Of a DNA stretch of 62,992 nucleotides, positions 36,763-46,003 are shown in pieces (positions within the stretch are counted from its first letter, which is position 1; every line of letters starts with the position of its first letter). The stretch is from a virus (lineage: Duplodnaviria > Caudoviricetes), in the IMG/VR virus record IMGVR_UViG_3300017700_000894, positions 1 through 62,992 of that record. One strand, given 5' to 3'. The notes below the pieces were generated by a model. The model was not told where the DNA came from, made no database searches, and worked only from the letters and a program-made list of their open reading frames with translations. The translations under genes and the position numbers were made by a program.

Positions 36763-38298
36763 TTAGGCGTCCAGGCGCGAAATGATCATGGTCGCGTCGG
36801 TCGTGTTGTCCCGGATCGCGGTGAAATCGATGTCCAGCATAATGTCGGTATTGATCCCGGTGGCGTTCGGGTTGCCGGTGCCAAACTTCACCCGTGGCCA
36901 GCTGAAGGCGATTCCGTCGCCGTCGTCGTCCACCAGCAGGATGTGCAGCGCGGTGTCGTCGTGGGCAATCAGGCTTTGATAAAGCGTGTTGTCCTTGAAG
37001 TATGCGGAAACCCGGCCGGAAACGCTGATCGTGCCCAGGCCGACTTCGAAGTTGCCTTCTTCCCCGATGGCATCCTTGCCCCGCAGGTTATTGTTCACGC
37101 TGAAATTCAGCATCTTGAATTTCTCAGTCAGTTCGCTGGTCGGTCCATCGAAGCTTCCCACGTTGCTGGTGCCGTTCAGGATCGGGTTCGCGGTCGCCGC
37201 GGTGTAGATCGATCCCGTGCCGCCGGTCAGCGTCGGGTTCGTGAAGACGTTGCCGGCGTTCGTGAAGGTTTCCGTGGTGGCAATCGAATTGCCAGCGGTG
37301 CCGGCGGTGCGGGCGGTCAGGTCCATGGTGTCGCCACTGCCGGCCGCGGCCGAAACCACCGGGTTCGACACGGTGCCGGTGCCGTAAAGCGTGCCTTCCC
37401 CGGCTGCCCCATTGATCGCGGCAATCAGGTTGTCCAGGCTGTTCGTGGCGGCCGCGCCAATGTCGATGTCGTTCGCCGCGGTTGGGGTGGCAACGAAGGT
37501 ATAAGTGATCCCGCCAATGGTGCAGGTGTCGTTCGCCGTGGGGTTGGCGGCAAAGGTCAGGATGCCGGTCGCTTCGGTCCCGGCCGGGGCAATGCTGGTG
37601 GCGCTGGTCACCCCATATTTGCCCATAAAGGCGAATCGCCCGGTAATGATTTTTTTCGACTCGATCGCGAAGTTTGCTTCGCCCACCTTCATCCCGATGT
37701 AACGCTGGAAGAAGTCGGCGGTTTGATCGTTCACGATTTGCCGTTCGATGGTGAAGGATCGCTGAACGCTGCCGTTCTTCACCTGGGTGGCCACAAGGTC
37801 CAGGCTTTCCCCGGTCGCGTTCGCCACGAAGCTTCCAGCGCTGAAGGTGGCAACGTCACCGTCGCAGCTCACCACCCGTTTAAACCCGTTGTTCAGCGGG
37901 TTGGTGGCCCCGCTCACTTTGATGAATCCCCCCACCGGCAAGGCGGCAAGGTCGCCCGGCGTGGTGGCGGTGAAGGTGCTGGCGGTGGCGGCAATATCGC
38001 CACTGGTGGCCGAAAGCGTGGTGGTCGTCCAGGTGCCGCAAAGTAGGGCTTCGAAGAGCGTCAGATATTCGTCGCGGGAGAGTTCGACATTGATCCCGCC
38101 GTTTGCTTGGCTGCCCACTTTCACCATGTCGGGCACCTGCCGGTCACTTCGAAGTTCTTCCGAAACCACCGTGTCTTTGATGTGCCCCAGGTCTTCCCCG
38201 GTCAGGCGCAAGGCGGTGAAGGTTGGGGTGCCGGGCAGCACTCCAAAGCTGGTTTCGGGAGCAATGGCAATTGCGGTGGTGTTGGCGTCGGCGCTCAT
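36763..38298 (-). CDS. Major tail tube protein with inserted accessory domains
   Basis: ETSFGV, SEELRSDRQ, GGINVELS, SFTIER, NNNL. Confidence 0.88.
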   Translation of the reverse strand: MSADANTTAIAIAPETSFGVLPGTPTFTALRLTGEDLGHIKDTVVSEELRSDRQVPDMVKVGSQANGGINVELSRDEYLTLFEALLCGTWTTTTLSATSGDIAATASTFTATTPGDLAALPVGGFIKVSGATNPLNNGFKRVVSCDGDVATFSAGSFVANATGESLDLVATQVKNGSVQRSFTIERQIVNDQTADFFQRYIGMKVGEANFAIESKKIITGRFAFMGKYGVTSATSIAPAGTEATGILTFAANPTANDTCTIGGITYTFVATPTAANDIDIGAAATNSLDNLIAAINGAAGEGTLYGTGTVSNPVVSAAAGSGDTMDLTARTAGTAGNSIATTETFTNAGNVFTNPTLTGGTGSIYTAATANPILNGTSNVGSFDGPTSELTEKFKMLNFSVNNNLRGKDAIGEEGNFEVGLGTISVSGRVSAYFKDNTLYQSLIAHDDTALHILLVDDDGDGIAFSWPRVKFGTGNPNATGINTDIMLDIDFTAIRDNTTDATMIISRLDA

Positions 38299-38332
38299 GG
38301 ATTGAAGAAGTGGGTGGTTGGGTGCTCAGCGG

Positions 38333-38740
38333 TTATAAAAGCGTGTCGCGGCGGAATTGCACGCGAACATTTTTTTGCAGCCACCCGGCCCGCTCGCCCG
38401 CGTCCACCATGCCGGCGTTGTCGCAAACGATGTAGTGCACCCCGGATTTGAAGCGCGCCTGGTCGAAGATGGCAACGAAGGCGTCGGCCACGTCGTGGGC
38501 CTTCTTCGTCCCGGAATTCATCGGCAGGAAGATTTGCAGGAAGATCGCCCCAGTGATTCGCTTGCTGGCAGGGGCACCGATTGCCACCGGGTTGCTGTCC
38601 CCCTGCATCACACTGAACCGCCCCCATGCGCCAGCCTGGGATGGCTGGGGCTGGTTCTCGTAAACCACCGGCAGCGTGGCCACGTTCCAGGCGGTCTTGA
38701 AGCGGTCGGTGATGGCAACGCGGGTGGTTTCAAAGCTCAT
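38333..38740 (-). CDS. Tail terminator protein
   Basis: VYEN, G.IFLQIF.P.NSGT; position. Confidence 0.75.
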   Translation of the reverse strand: MSFETTRVAITDRFKTAWNVATLPVVYENQPQPSQAGAWGRFSVMQGDSNPVAIGAPASKRITGAIFLQIFLPMNSGTKKAHDVADAFVAIFDQARFKSGVHYIVCDNAGMVDAGERAGWLQKNVRVQFRRDTLL

Positions 38741-39138
38741 GGCATTTTGGCAAGTAAGCGCTGGACGTTCGAAACAGATTCATTCACGGCAATGAAAACC
38801 ATGCCGCCGGGGGCTTGCTGGGAATGTCCATTTTCCAGCGGTTCGATGTAATCCAGGTTCGACGTGATGAAAACCACCTCGTTGCCGTCGATCACGGTCA
38901 CGTTCGGTTGGGAAGGTTCCCCATACTTGCCCGGCGGCGGCACCGTCGGATCGGGCGCACCGATTGCCAGATTGAAAGAAGAGCGCGCGCGGCCAGTGTC
39001 CACCGGGCAGCGCTTCGTGATACCATTCCAGATTTCCAGCGCCATCCGCTGGTAAACGGTGGCTTTCAGGATGCCCAGCTTTTGGGCGAATTTGTCCAGG
39101 TCGACGTTGAATTGCCGCTGGCCTTGAAAGGAAATCAT
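38737..39138 (-). CDS. HK97 gp10-like neck protein
   Basis: PVDTGRARSS, YIEPLENGHSQQAPGG. Confidence 0.85.
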   Translation of the reverse strand: MISFQGQRQFNVDLDKFAQKLGILKATVYQRMALEIWNGITKRCPVDTGRARSSFNLAIGAPDPTVPPPGKYGEPSQPNVTVIDGNEVVFITSNLDYIEPLENGHSQQAPGGMVFIAVNESVSNVQRLLAKMP

Positions 39139-39524
39139 CGGCGTAGGTGAACCACGTAAATCTTGTTCACGGGGTCGGGGGTTGCAAGCTTCACGTCCCA
39201 CGTCACGCCACCGATCACCACCTGGTCCCCGGTCGTGATCGCCGCCGGGATGTCGCTGGCCCGAAGCAGAAGTTTCTTCGCCCGCCCTTCCAGGAAGGCG
39301 TTCAGTTCGTCCCCGCCGCTGGGGTCGATTTCTTCCAGGGTGGCGGCATACAGCAGCCCGCGCTTGGTCACCGTGGTGCCCCACGTGATCGTCGTCACGT
39401 CGGTGGTGGCGTCATAAACCGGCGTCGGCCCTTGGTTCACGGTCACGTCGGCCATGGCGGAATCGCCCAGGGTCCAGGCCAAATTGACGCCCAGGCCGGC
39501 AAGTGCGGGAATGTTCAGTGCCAT
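39135..39524 (-). CDS. Head closure/head-tail joining protein
   Basis: YDATT, GDQVVIGGVTW; position. Confidence 0.7.
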   Translation of the reverse strand: MALNIPALAGLGVNLAWTLGDSAMADVTVNQGPTPVYDATTDVTTITWGTTVTKRGLLYAATLEEIDPSGGDELNAFLEGRAKKLLLRASDIPAAITTGDQVVIGGVTWDVKLATPDPVNKIYVVHLRR

Positions 39525-39526
39525 GG

Positions 39527-40054
39527 TTATGCGCGATAGATTGGAATCATGCCCCCGCCCTTGGCCACCCCGTAGGGTTCCAGCAGCATGCGCACGATGT
39601 CGGGGATTGCCTTCAGGTCGGTGGTCTTGTCCGGGGTCAGCACCAGTTCAAGCGCACCTTGCCCCAGCTTCAGTTCGTTCACCCCCTGGGTGGCGGCGCT
39701 GTCGGCAAGGCGGTTGCGTTCCAGCAGTGCCATGGCCATTTCCAGGGTGGCTTCCACCACCCGCACCGGCACTTCGTCGTCGGGCACCAGAAAACCTTCG
39801 GCAAATACTTGGTAGCGGGGCCACTGCCGGGGCTGGTCCTGGGCGGTCTTTCTCCCCTGCCAGCTGATCAGCGAATCGATGCTGCGGGTGGCCTGCACCA
39901 CCGCGGCCTTCTTCTGCTCATCGGTCGCCGCCGTCCAGGTCGCGGCATAAAGGTGGGCTTCGAAGTAAGCGGTGGCGAAACTGCCGGCGCTGTCCACGTA
40001 GGTGTTCGCGTCGGTCACAATCGTGCCGTCTTCGATGATCAGGGTGATTGCCAT
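39527..40054 (-). CDS. Head-tail adaptor (DnaT-like family)
   Basis: IIEDGT..DANTYV, ATRSID, QWPR, VPVRVVEATLE. Confidence 0.8.
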   Translation of the reverse strand: MAITLIIEDGTIVTDANTYVDSAGSFATAYFEAHLYAATWTAATDEQKKAAVVQATRSIDSLISWQGRKTAQDQPRQWPRYQVFAEGFLVPDDEVPVRVVEATLEMAMALLERNRLADSAATQGVNELKLGQGALELVLTPDKTTDLKAIPDIVRMLLEPYGVAKGGGMIPIYRA

Positions 40055-40057
40055 GGC

Positions 40058-40606
40058 TTAGGGAATGTCAATGTTCGGTGGTTCGGGCATCACGTCATCG
40101 TCTTGGATCACGTCGCGGTCGGCCTTCGTGGCGGCCTTCGCCCGCTTCTTCGCGTGCTCATTTGCCGGCGGGATCGGCACCGCTGGGGTGTCGGCGGGGC
40201 CGCCTGGGTCGGTGCGGTGGGTCACCAGTTCGAAGGCTTCCCGGGTCGGGGGCAAATTTGCCCCCGGGGTGTCCGACACTGTTGGGATGGTCGTCGGCGC
40301 GTGGAAATCGTCGTCTTCGGCCCGCAGCGCAGCCGCTTCGGCAACCGACTGCACGTTAGTTTGGCCTTCCCTCGGCAGGAAGTCTTCCAGGCGCGGTTCA
40401 GGAAACTCTTCCTGCTTGTCCTGGTTCATGCTCTTCCATTCCTTCAGCGCGGTTTCGAAGCGGTTGTGCGCGTCGCGAATCTGCCGCTTCTTTTCCGCTT
40501 CCGGGTTGAAAACCATCTTGTTTTCAGGCCGGCGCTGGCGGCGTGGTGGTCGAACAAAGCCCACGGCACCGTTCGGTGGGGGCTGTTGGGTTGGGGTCGT
40601 GCTCAT
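40058..40606 (-). CDS. Hypothetical protein
   Basis: Charged/Pro-rich ORF in the head module. Confidence 0.6.
   Translation of the reverse strand: MSTTPTQQPPPNGAVGFVRPPRRQRRPENKMVFNPEAEKKRQIRDAHNRFETALKEWKSMNQDKQEEFPEPRLEDFLPREGQTNVQSVAEAAALRAEDDDFHAPTTIPTVSDTPGANLPPTREAFELVTHRTDPGGPADTPAVPIPPANEHAKKRAKAATKADRDVIQDDDVMPEPPNIDIP
40249..40282 (-). repeat. Bipartite dispersed element, copy 5 (inverted, intragenic)
   Basis: GGGGCAAATTTGCCCC-N8-CCGACACTGT; read as TVSDTPGANLP. Confidence 0.9.
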
Positions 40607-40658
40607 AGTGCCGGCACCCTTAGCTGGCGGGCAGGTTCCCGCCAGCGCTTTTGTGATC

Positions 40659-41309
40659 CTACCAAACCAGCACTGTCACGATGTCGCCGGAAGCCGGGTC
40701 AACCGATCCCGATGCAGTAAGCGAAACGTATTGGTCAACGATCAGCGTGGTGCCGTCGAAGGCCTTCAGCACGCCGGCACTGGTCCGAATCTGCACCACC
40801 ACCGCGGTGGGGGTGAAGGTCAGCGGGAAGTGCATCGTTTGCAGTGCAATTTCCGTGGCGGTCGGCACCCGGCTGATAATGACGGGCGCGGGCAGTGCGG
40901 AAGGCTCAGCAGCACCACCGAAGGCGGTTGCCGATGCCCAGGCGTTGCTGGCCCCGGCCAGCGTTTCGGTGCAGGCGTAGGCGGTGGCATCGCCGGCCGC
41001 GGCAAAAACCAGCACTTCGTTTGCGCTGATCTTCTTCGCACGCATGCCGCAGTTTTCGGCATTGATGGCGGCCACCAGTGCGGTGCCGGCAGCGGTCGGC
41101 GTTTGGGCGGCGGTCACGTCGACTTCGACGTTGCCAGTGCCCACGGTGCCGTCGGTGCTGAATTCGAAGACAGTGCCATTGATGGTCACCGTTTCGCCAT
41201 TGGCCACGTCGGCGGCCAGGCGCAGCACGTTCATGCTGGGGGTGCGTCCGCGCTTGGAAAGGGCGGCCACTTTGGAAATGTTATTGCGTCCCATATAGAT
41301 TCGGCTCAT
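40659..41309 (-). CDS. Capsid decoration/head fibre protein
   Basis: Follows the MCP; GETVTINGTVFEF...LVAAIN. Confidence 0.6.
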   Translation of the reverse strand: MSRIYMGRNNISKVAALSKRGRTPSMNVLRLAADVANGETVTINGTVFEFSTDGTVGTGNVEVDVTAAQTPTAAGTALVAAINAENCGMRAKKISANEVLVFAAAGDATAYACTETLAGASNAWASATAFGGAAEPSALPAPVIISRVPTATEIALQTMHFPLTFTPTAVVVQIRTSAGVLKAFDGTTLIVDQYVSLTASGSVDPASGDIVTVLVW

Positions 41310-41336
41310 GGCCAGTTGAAAGGTTGGGTTGAAGGT

Positions 41337-41366
41337 GAAAGGGGGGCGGTCACCCGCCCCCCTTCG
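41337..41366 (-). terminator. Terminator/attenuator after the MCP
   Basis: GAAGGGGGGCGG-loop-CCGCCCCCCTTTC. Confidence 0.6.
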
Positions 41367-41374
41367 CGAATCGC

Positions 41375-42379
41375 TTAGGCGATATTGTGGCGGATGCGAA
41401 CCACCCGGATGTTCTTCGTTTCGTAAACCTTGGACCAGTTCGCACCGGTCGCCAGTTCCGCATTCGTCGGGCTCGATCCCGCCATGCTGTTGGCGGTCCA
41501 CTTCACACCACGAAGGTGGAAGACGCGGCGCACGCGATTGATCAGGCTGGTGCTGCCGGCAAGCGGGGTGCGCCCGATTTCGGTGTACCAGTCGCCAAAC
41601 CCGCCTTCAATCGGGCGCGGGTTGCGCGCCTTGCCCATGGCCACCGCACCCCGTCCGAAAAGGAAGGTGTGATAAACCGTGGCGCTGTTGATGGTTTCGG
41701 TGGTGATCAGGTCGTCAACGATCACGTCCAGCCCTTGGAATTTCTTCAGCATCAGGGTGCCGGTGCTGTCGGGCACGAAGTCGATCAGGTCGGCTTTCAG
41801 CAGGGAAGCTTCCACCGCAGAGTGCATGACAACGGCAGTCAGAAGCCCCTTCGAATCACCCAGCAATTGCGCGGTGTCGATGAAGGTTTCCGCGGTCAGG
41901 AAGTTGTCGGTGCCAGGCGTGCCGGTCGTGGCGTGCACGTCGTTGTTGTTGCTGGACGCCAGCGTGGTGGTGAAAACCCCGGTCAGGAATTTCAGGAAGG
42001 CCACTTGTTCGACGCGCACCCAGTAATCGGCCACCAGATCGGCAATCGCGCCCATCGGGTCGCCGCCGGAAAGGATGCTCGCCAGATCGTTCACGCCCCA
42101 GGCCTTGCCCCGGTTTTGGATCACTGCCACGTCTTCGCTGGCGGTGATGGCGTTCACGCTCAGGCTGCCGCCGTCGGTCAGCACTTCGTCGTCGCCGCTC
42201 AGGTCAACCCAGAACGGCATATTGCAGGTTCGCCCCGGGCCGGCGGCCAGGGTGTCGAATTCGGATGCAGCTTCGACGATGCCAGAACGGATCAGCGCGG
42301 ATTTCGCGGCGGTGCGTTCAATGACATAATCGGTGAAGATGGATGGCACGATGACATCCGTGATTTTGGTTTCAGCCAT
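41375..42379 (-). CDS. Major capsid protein
   Basis: TKITDVIVP, MPFWVDLSG, RGKAWGVNDL, DPMGAIA, VMHS, VIVDD. Confidence 0.92.
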   Translation of the reverse strand: MAETKITDVIVPSIFTDYVIERTAAKSALIRSGIVEAASEFDTLAAGPGRTCNMPFWVDLSGDDEVLTDGGSLSVNAITASEDVAVIQNRGKAWGVNDLASILSGGDPMGAIADLVADYWVRVEQVAFLKFLTGVFTTTLASSNNNDVHATTGTPGTDNFLTAETFIDTAQLLGDSKGLLTAVVMHSAVEASLLKADLIDFVPDSTGTLMLKKFQGLDVIVDDLITTETINSATVYHTFLFGRGAVAMGKARNPRPIEGGFGDWYTEIGRTPLAGSTSLINRVRRVFHLRGVKWTANSMAGSSPTNAELATGANWSKVYETKNIRVVRIRHNIA

Positions 42380-42525
42380 GGGATTGGTGCTCTAAAAAAG
42401 CGGGTTGGGTTGCGGTTGGTGGAAGGCATGGTGCCTTCCGGTATGCTCCCCACCGGAGAGCGGTGCAGCCCCCACCGGGGGCACATCCTGGGGCACTGAT
42501 ACGGTGCCGCCGCAGGGTTGCCAGC

Positions 42526-42561
42526 AAAAAAATGCGGCAGCCCCATTTCAAGGGCTGCCGC
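42526..42561 (-). terminator. Intrinsic terminator after the scaffold gene
   Basis: GCGGCAGCCC stem followed by ATTTTTTT. Confidence 0.75.
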
Positions 42562-42609
42562 CGGCAAGGCCTGGGGTCAGTCAGGCCGCCATCCCCGGAG
42601 GGAATTTCT

Positions 42610-43368
42610 TCAACCGACCGCTGCCGCCTTCAGGCGTTCGGCCAGCGCAGGATCGGATTTCGCGATTTTCATTTGTTCGGTCAGGTTGGTCTTTCCGGGT
42701 GCCCACGGATTCGGCCCGGTGTGGGCGGTGCCGGGTTTGCCCCCCTGGGCACCACCGCCGGCCGATGGCTCGAAAAGGTGCGGTGCCGCTTTGGTCAGGC
42801 TGGCCACCCATTCGGCCGGTGTCATCGGATCGCCCGTGGCCCCGTAAAGGATCGAACCGTCTTCACCGTGGGCCACCAGCTTGCCGTCTTTCATCTTCAG
42901 CGCCCCGCGCCCCCGCAGAATCAGGTCGTTCACCGCTTCCTTGCGCAAGCCGTGCTGGTTGCCGGCGTCACGCAGCGCAATGTCCATCTTCACGGAATTC
43001 AGGCCTTCTTCCGCCTGGGCCTTCGCTTGCTCAGCGGCGGCCAGCTTCCGATCAAATTCGGCCTTCATGCCTTCCACACGCTTGGCAACCAGTGCGTCCA
43101 CGCCTTCGGTCTTCATCAGCTTGCCGTCCAAAATCTCCTGCTCCCGGCTCATCAGTTCCTTTGCCTTCACCGGGTCGATTCCTTCGAAGGCGGCAAGCTT
43201 CGCGTCCTTCTCCTTCAGCTGATCGATGCCCTTCTGCCGGAAGTCGTCCAGTTGCTTCTTCGGCACGGCACCTTCCACTTGCAGCGTCCACTTGCCGCCC
43301 GCTTCGGCGTAAAAGGCCTTCAGGCTGGCGGGCACTTCGGCTTCGGTGTCATATTCGAATTTGATCAT
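42610..43368 (-). CDS. Capsid scaffolding protein
   Basis: Coiled coil, APHLF.PSAGGG, NPW...NLTEQ. Confidence 0.85.
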   Translation of the reverse strand: MIKFEYDTEAEVPASLKAFYAEAGGKWTLQVEGAVPKKQLDDFRQKGIDQLKEKDAKLAAFEGIDPVKAKELMSREQEILDGKLMKTEGVDALVAKRVEGMKAEFDRKLAAAEQAKAQAEEGLNSVKMDIALRDAGNQHGLRKEAVNDLILRGRGALKMKDGKLVAHGEDGSILYGATGDPMTPAEWVASLTKAAPHLFEPSAGGGAQGGKPGTAHTGPNPWAPGKTNLTEQMKIAKSDPALAERLKAAAVG

Positions 43369-43514
43369 GGTCGGCTTCTGTAATCACCCAGGGCGTTGTC
43401 GTCAAGCACCCGCTGCACCGGGTCGGTGGAATCGCACCCATGCAGCAGGAAGCCCGACACGATGCCGGCCGCCAGCAGGGTGATGGCAACCAGCACGAAT
43501 TCGATGCGCTTCAT
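43365..43514 (-). CDS. Small membrane/lipoprotein-like protein
   Basis: MKRIEFVLVAITLLAAGIVSGFLLHGC; ATGA overlaps. Confidence 0.55.
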   Translation of the reverse strand: MKRIEFVLVAITLLAAGIVSGFLLHGCDSTDPVQRVLDDNALGDYRSRP

Positions 43515-43696
43515 TCCAGCCTTTCGGTTGGGGCTTCAGCCTTGGCAAGCGCGGCATACTTCTGCCAGATTTCCGGGAAGGCGTTTTCCAGGCGTTGCAG
43601 GTTTTCCGGGTCGGCCGCCTGGGCGGCGTGGGCCAGCGCTTTGACGAAGCTTCCGCCCCACTTGTGCATGGCGGCAATGATCAAATAGGTTTGCAT
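43511..43696 (-). CDS. Small hypothetical protein
   Basis: GGSFVKALA...ADPENL.RL..AFPE. Confidence 0.7.
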   Translation of the reverse strand: MQTYLIIAAMHKWGGSFVKALAHAAQAADPENLQRLENAFPEIWQKYAALAKAEAPTERLE

Positions 43697-44109
43697 GGTT
43701 TTTCGAGTGTTGCTGAAATGGCGTCGTGGGCTTGCTGGCAAAGTATGCTTCGCGGGGTCGGCTGGCGTGGCAATTCGATGCTGCACCGCTCGCCACCTTG
43801 CCCCCGCATTTCGATGGTTTGAATGAAGCAGCTGGCCTTCCAGCCCATGGGCAGGGAAAGGAATTCGGCCAGCGGCACCGTGCCGTTTTTCCGTTCGGCT
43901 GGCACAAGTTCCAAAATCGCGCCTGCGGCTGCCTCGCGCCACTGGTCGCGGGTGAATTCGCTCTTTCGATTCGGCAGGGTGGCGGTCAGGCCGCCCGGGC
44001 CGATCAGCACCACGGTGTCCCCGTGGTTTTCGGCGTTCCAGTCTGGGGGGATTTCAAGGAATTCGGCAAGCTGGCTTCGCACCGTGGTGCGCGGAAGAAA
44101 TGGCATCAT
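43681..44109 (-). CDS. Hypothetical protein
   Basis: Packed ORF with an internal duplicated LAEFL motif. Confidence 0.55.
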   Translation of the reverse strand: MMPFLPRTTVRSQLAEFLEIPPDWNAENHGDTVVLIGPGGLTATLPNRKSEFTRDQWREAAAGAILELVPAERKNGTVPLAEFLSLPMGWKASCFIQTIEMRGQGGERCSIELPRQPTPRSILCQQAHDAISATLEKPCKPI

Positions 44110-44339
44110 GGCTTTTCGTATAGTGCGCAGGCGGCGGCAACCACGGCTTTGCGGGAAGTGAACGTGGGCAGGTGCATGGTGGTGCCATTGATCGGGTGGC
44201 CCGGCTTTTGAATCGTCCACTGGAAGGAATCCACGCTGAACAATTCCCCTTGCACGCCATCGAACCGAATTCGAAAGAGGCGGGTTGCCAGGATCGTGCC
44301 GACTCGCATCGGCCGGCGGCGGGTGGTGGGCTGGGTCAT
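44106..44339 (-). CDS. Hypothetical protein
   Basis: ATGA overlaps. Confidence 0.55.
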   Translation of the reverse strand: MTQPTTRRRPMRVGTILATRLFRIRFDGVQGELFSVDSFQWTIQKPGHPINGTTMHLPTFTSRKAVVAAACALYEKP

Positions 44340-44629
44340 GGCATGCAAGCTTCGATGATTCTGGTGATCTTGTCGAACGGCACCGCGGCGTTGCAGTCCA
44401 GCCCCAGCTTGAAGGTGATCCCTTCCCGCCCCTTCGGCCCGGAATAGGCGTAGGCTTCCAGTTTGTCCACCGGCAGTTTGTCTTCGGCAAACCACTGCAC
44501 CACGGTGCGCATTGCGCCTTCGATGCCACGGCGGGGCGGCGTGCGCAGGGTGGCTTGAATGGTGGTTCCGTGGTGGCCGATTTCGAAGCCGTGGCTTTCC
44601 AGCAGTTTGATCAGTTTTTTAGTGTTCAT
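44336..44629 (-). CDS. Hypothetical protein
   Basis: MNTKKLIKLLESHGF; ACC leader. Confidence 0.6.
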   Translation of the reverse strand: MNTKKLIKLLESHGFEIGHHGTTIQATLRTPPRRGIEGAMRTVVQWFAEDKLPVDKLEAYAYSGPKGREGITFKLGLDCNAAVPFDKITRIIEACMP

Positions 44630-44640
44630 GGTGTCGTTTT

Positions 44641-44674
44641 CTCGTGTCGGATGGGTGCGGGGCAAATTTGCCCC
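44641..44674 (+). repeat. Bipartite dispersed element, copy 6
   Basis: CTCGTGTCGG-N8-GGGGCAAATTTGCCCC, intergenic. Confidence 0.85.
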
Positions 44675-44690
44675 GCGGGTTTTGGTGGGG

Positions 44691-45146
44691 TCAAAATGGG
44701 GGCGCGTCGCGGTCGGTCAGCGCTTCGTTGTAGTCGTCGCCGTCGTCGGTGCTGCCCACCACCAAATCGTCGGGTGACCAGTCGCGGAATCCTTCACCCT
44801 GCACGATGCGGCGCTGGTGGTCGTTCGTGGCATGCCATACTTCCATCAGGTTGCGCCACCGCGGGGTGCGGTCGTGCATCATGCTCTTGAAATTCGGGTA
44901 ATCGATTTCCGCGGTGATCCAGGCCTGGGTCATCACCCATTGGTCCAGGCGCACACGCATGCGCCACCGGTAGTCTGCCCGGTCGTCACGCCACACGCTT
45001 GGCGTGCGCTTGCCGCTGTTGGCAATCTTGTGCGCCCGGGCGTGGGCGGCGGCGTCGTCGGGATCGCGAAAGCGCACGATCACGAAGTGGCGGTTTGTGC
45101 GGTCGGCCACCGCGCTGGCGAAGCCGTATTGTGAGAAGGTCCACAT
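44691..45146 (-). CDS. Hypothetical protein
   Basis: MWTFSQYGFASAV...DYRWR...IDYPNFKS; acidic tail ending APPF. Confidence 0.7.
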   Translation of the reverse strand: MWTFSQYGFASAVADRTNRHFVIVRFRDPDDAAAHARAHKIANSGKRTPSVWRDDRADYRWRMRVRLDQWVMTQAWITAEIDYPNFKSMMHDRTPRWRNLMEVWHATNDHQRRIVQGEGFRDWSPDDLVVGSTDDGDDYNEALTDRDAPPF

Positions 45147-45191
45147 AAGAAGAAAAGGAAGGGGGGGCGCTGTCACCGCCCCCCGGCTTGG

Positions 45192-45527
45192 TTAAAGGGC
45201 GGCAAAGGTCGGCGGCACTTCGACAAGGTGCAGGCCGGTGGCAAGGGTGGTCAGGAAGGTGGCACCCTCGGGGAGCGCTTCACCCGTGCCCACCAGCGCG
45301 AGAAAGCGCTTTTCCATGGCGGCAGGGTCGCATGGGCGCACCAGCCAAAAGGAATTGATGCAGCCCTTGCCGGCGGTGTCCTGCCCCGGCACTGCGCTGG
45401 CGAAGACGGCACCCGGGGGCAGCGTGGCGGTGGTCAGCTGATCGGTCAGCTTCACCCGCCAGATCGTGCGGTGCACGTGTTCGGTGGCGGGGATGGTCAG
45501 GGTGGCGGTCGGTGTTGGTGTTTTCAT
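45192..45527 (-). CDS. Hypothetical protein
   Basis: ORF with a triple ACCACG leader. Confidence 0.65.
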   Translation of the reverse strand: MKTPTPTATLTIPATEHVHRTIWRVKLTDQLTTATLPPGAVFASAVPGQDTAGKGCINSFWLVRPCDPAAMEKRFLALVGTGEALPEGATFLTTLATGLHLVEVPPTFAAL

Positions 45528-45563
45528 GGTCGTGGTCGTGGTCGTGGGTTGTGGGAAGGAAAA

Positions 45564-45971
45564 TTAGGCGGTGGCGGCCAGTTTGATTTTCACGGTGGTG
45601 GCGGTGGTCAGGTAAATCTTGCCGTCCCCGCACCGCTGCACCGTCACGTTGTTTTTCGGCTTGCTCACGTCCACGGCTTTCAGCTGGAAGGCCACGCCGT
45701 TCAGATAAATGATCTTGCCGTAAGCGTCGGCCGGCAGCCCCAGCAGGGGCGCTTTGTCTGCCCACTTCTTCTTCGCAAGGTCAGCGAAGCTTTCGACGCC
45801 TGCGGGCAGGAAGGTGGTGGTGATGGTCAGCTTCAGCTTGCCGTCGTGTTCAGTGATCAGGCCGGCTTGCCGTTCCAGATTCAGCCCGAAGGGGGCAATG
45901 GCGGCGGCAATGGCGGCCTTCAAGGCGGTGTCGTGCTGGCGGAGGGTGGCGAGGGAATTGATGGTGGTCAT
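45564..45971 (-). CDS. Hypothetical protein
   Basis: ORF with an ACCACG leader. Confidence 0.65.
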   Translation of the reverse strand: MTTINSLATLRQHDTALKAAIAAAIAPFGLNLERQAGLITEHDGKLKLTITTTFLPAGVESFADLAKKKWADKAPLLGLPADAYGKIIYLNGVAFQLKAVDVSKPKNNVTVQRCGDGKIYLTTATTVKIKLAATA

Positions 45972-46003
45972 GGTCGTGGTCGTGGTTGGTGATGGGAAGG
46001 AGA

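Noticed and set aside
42380-42609. tRNA gene in the largest intergenic gap
   Set aside because: No cloverleaf or T-loop GTTCGA in a suitable context
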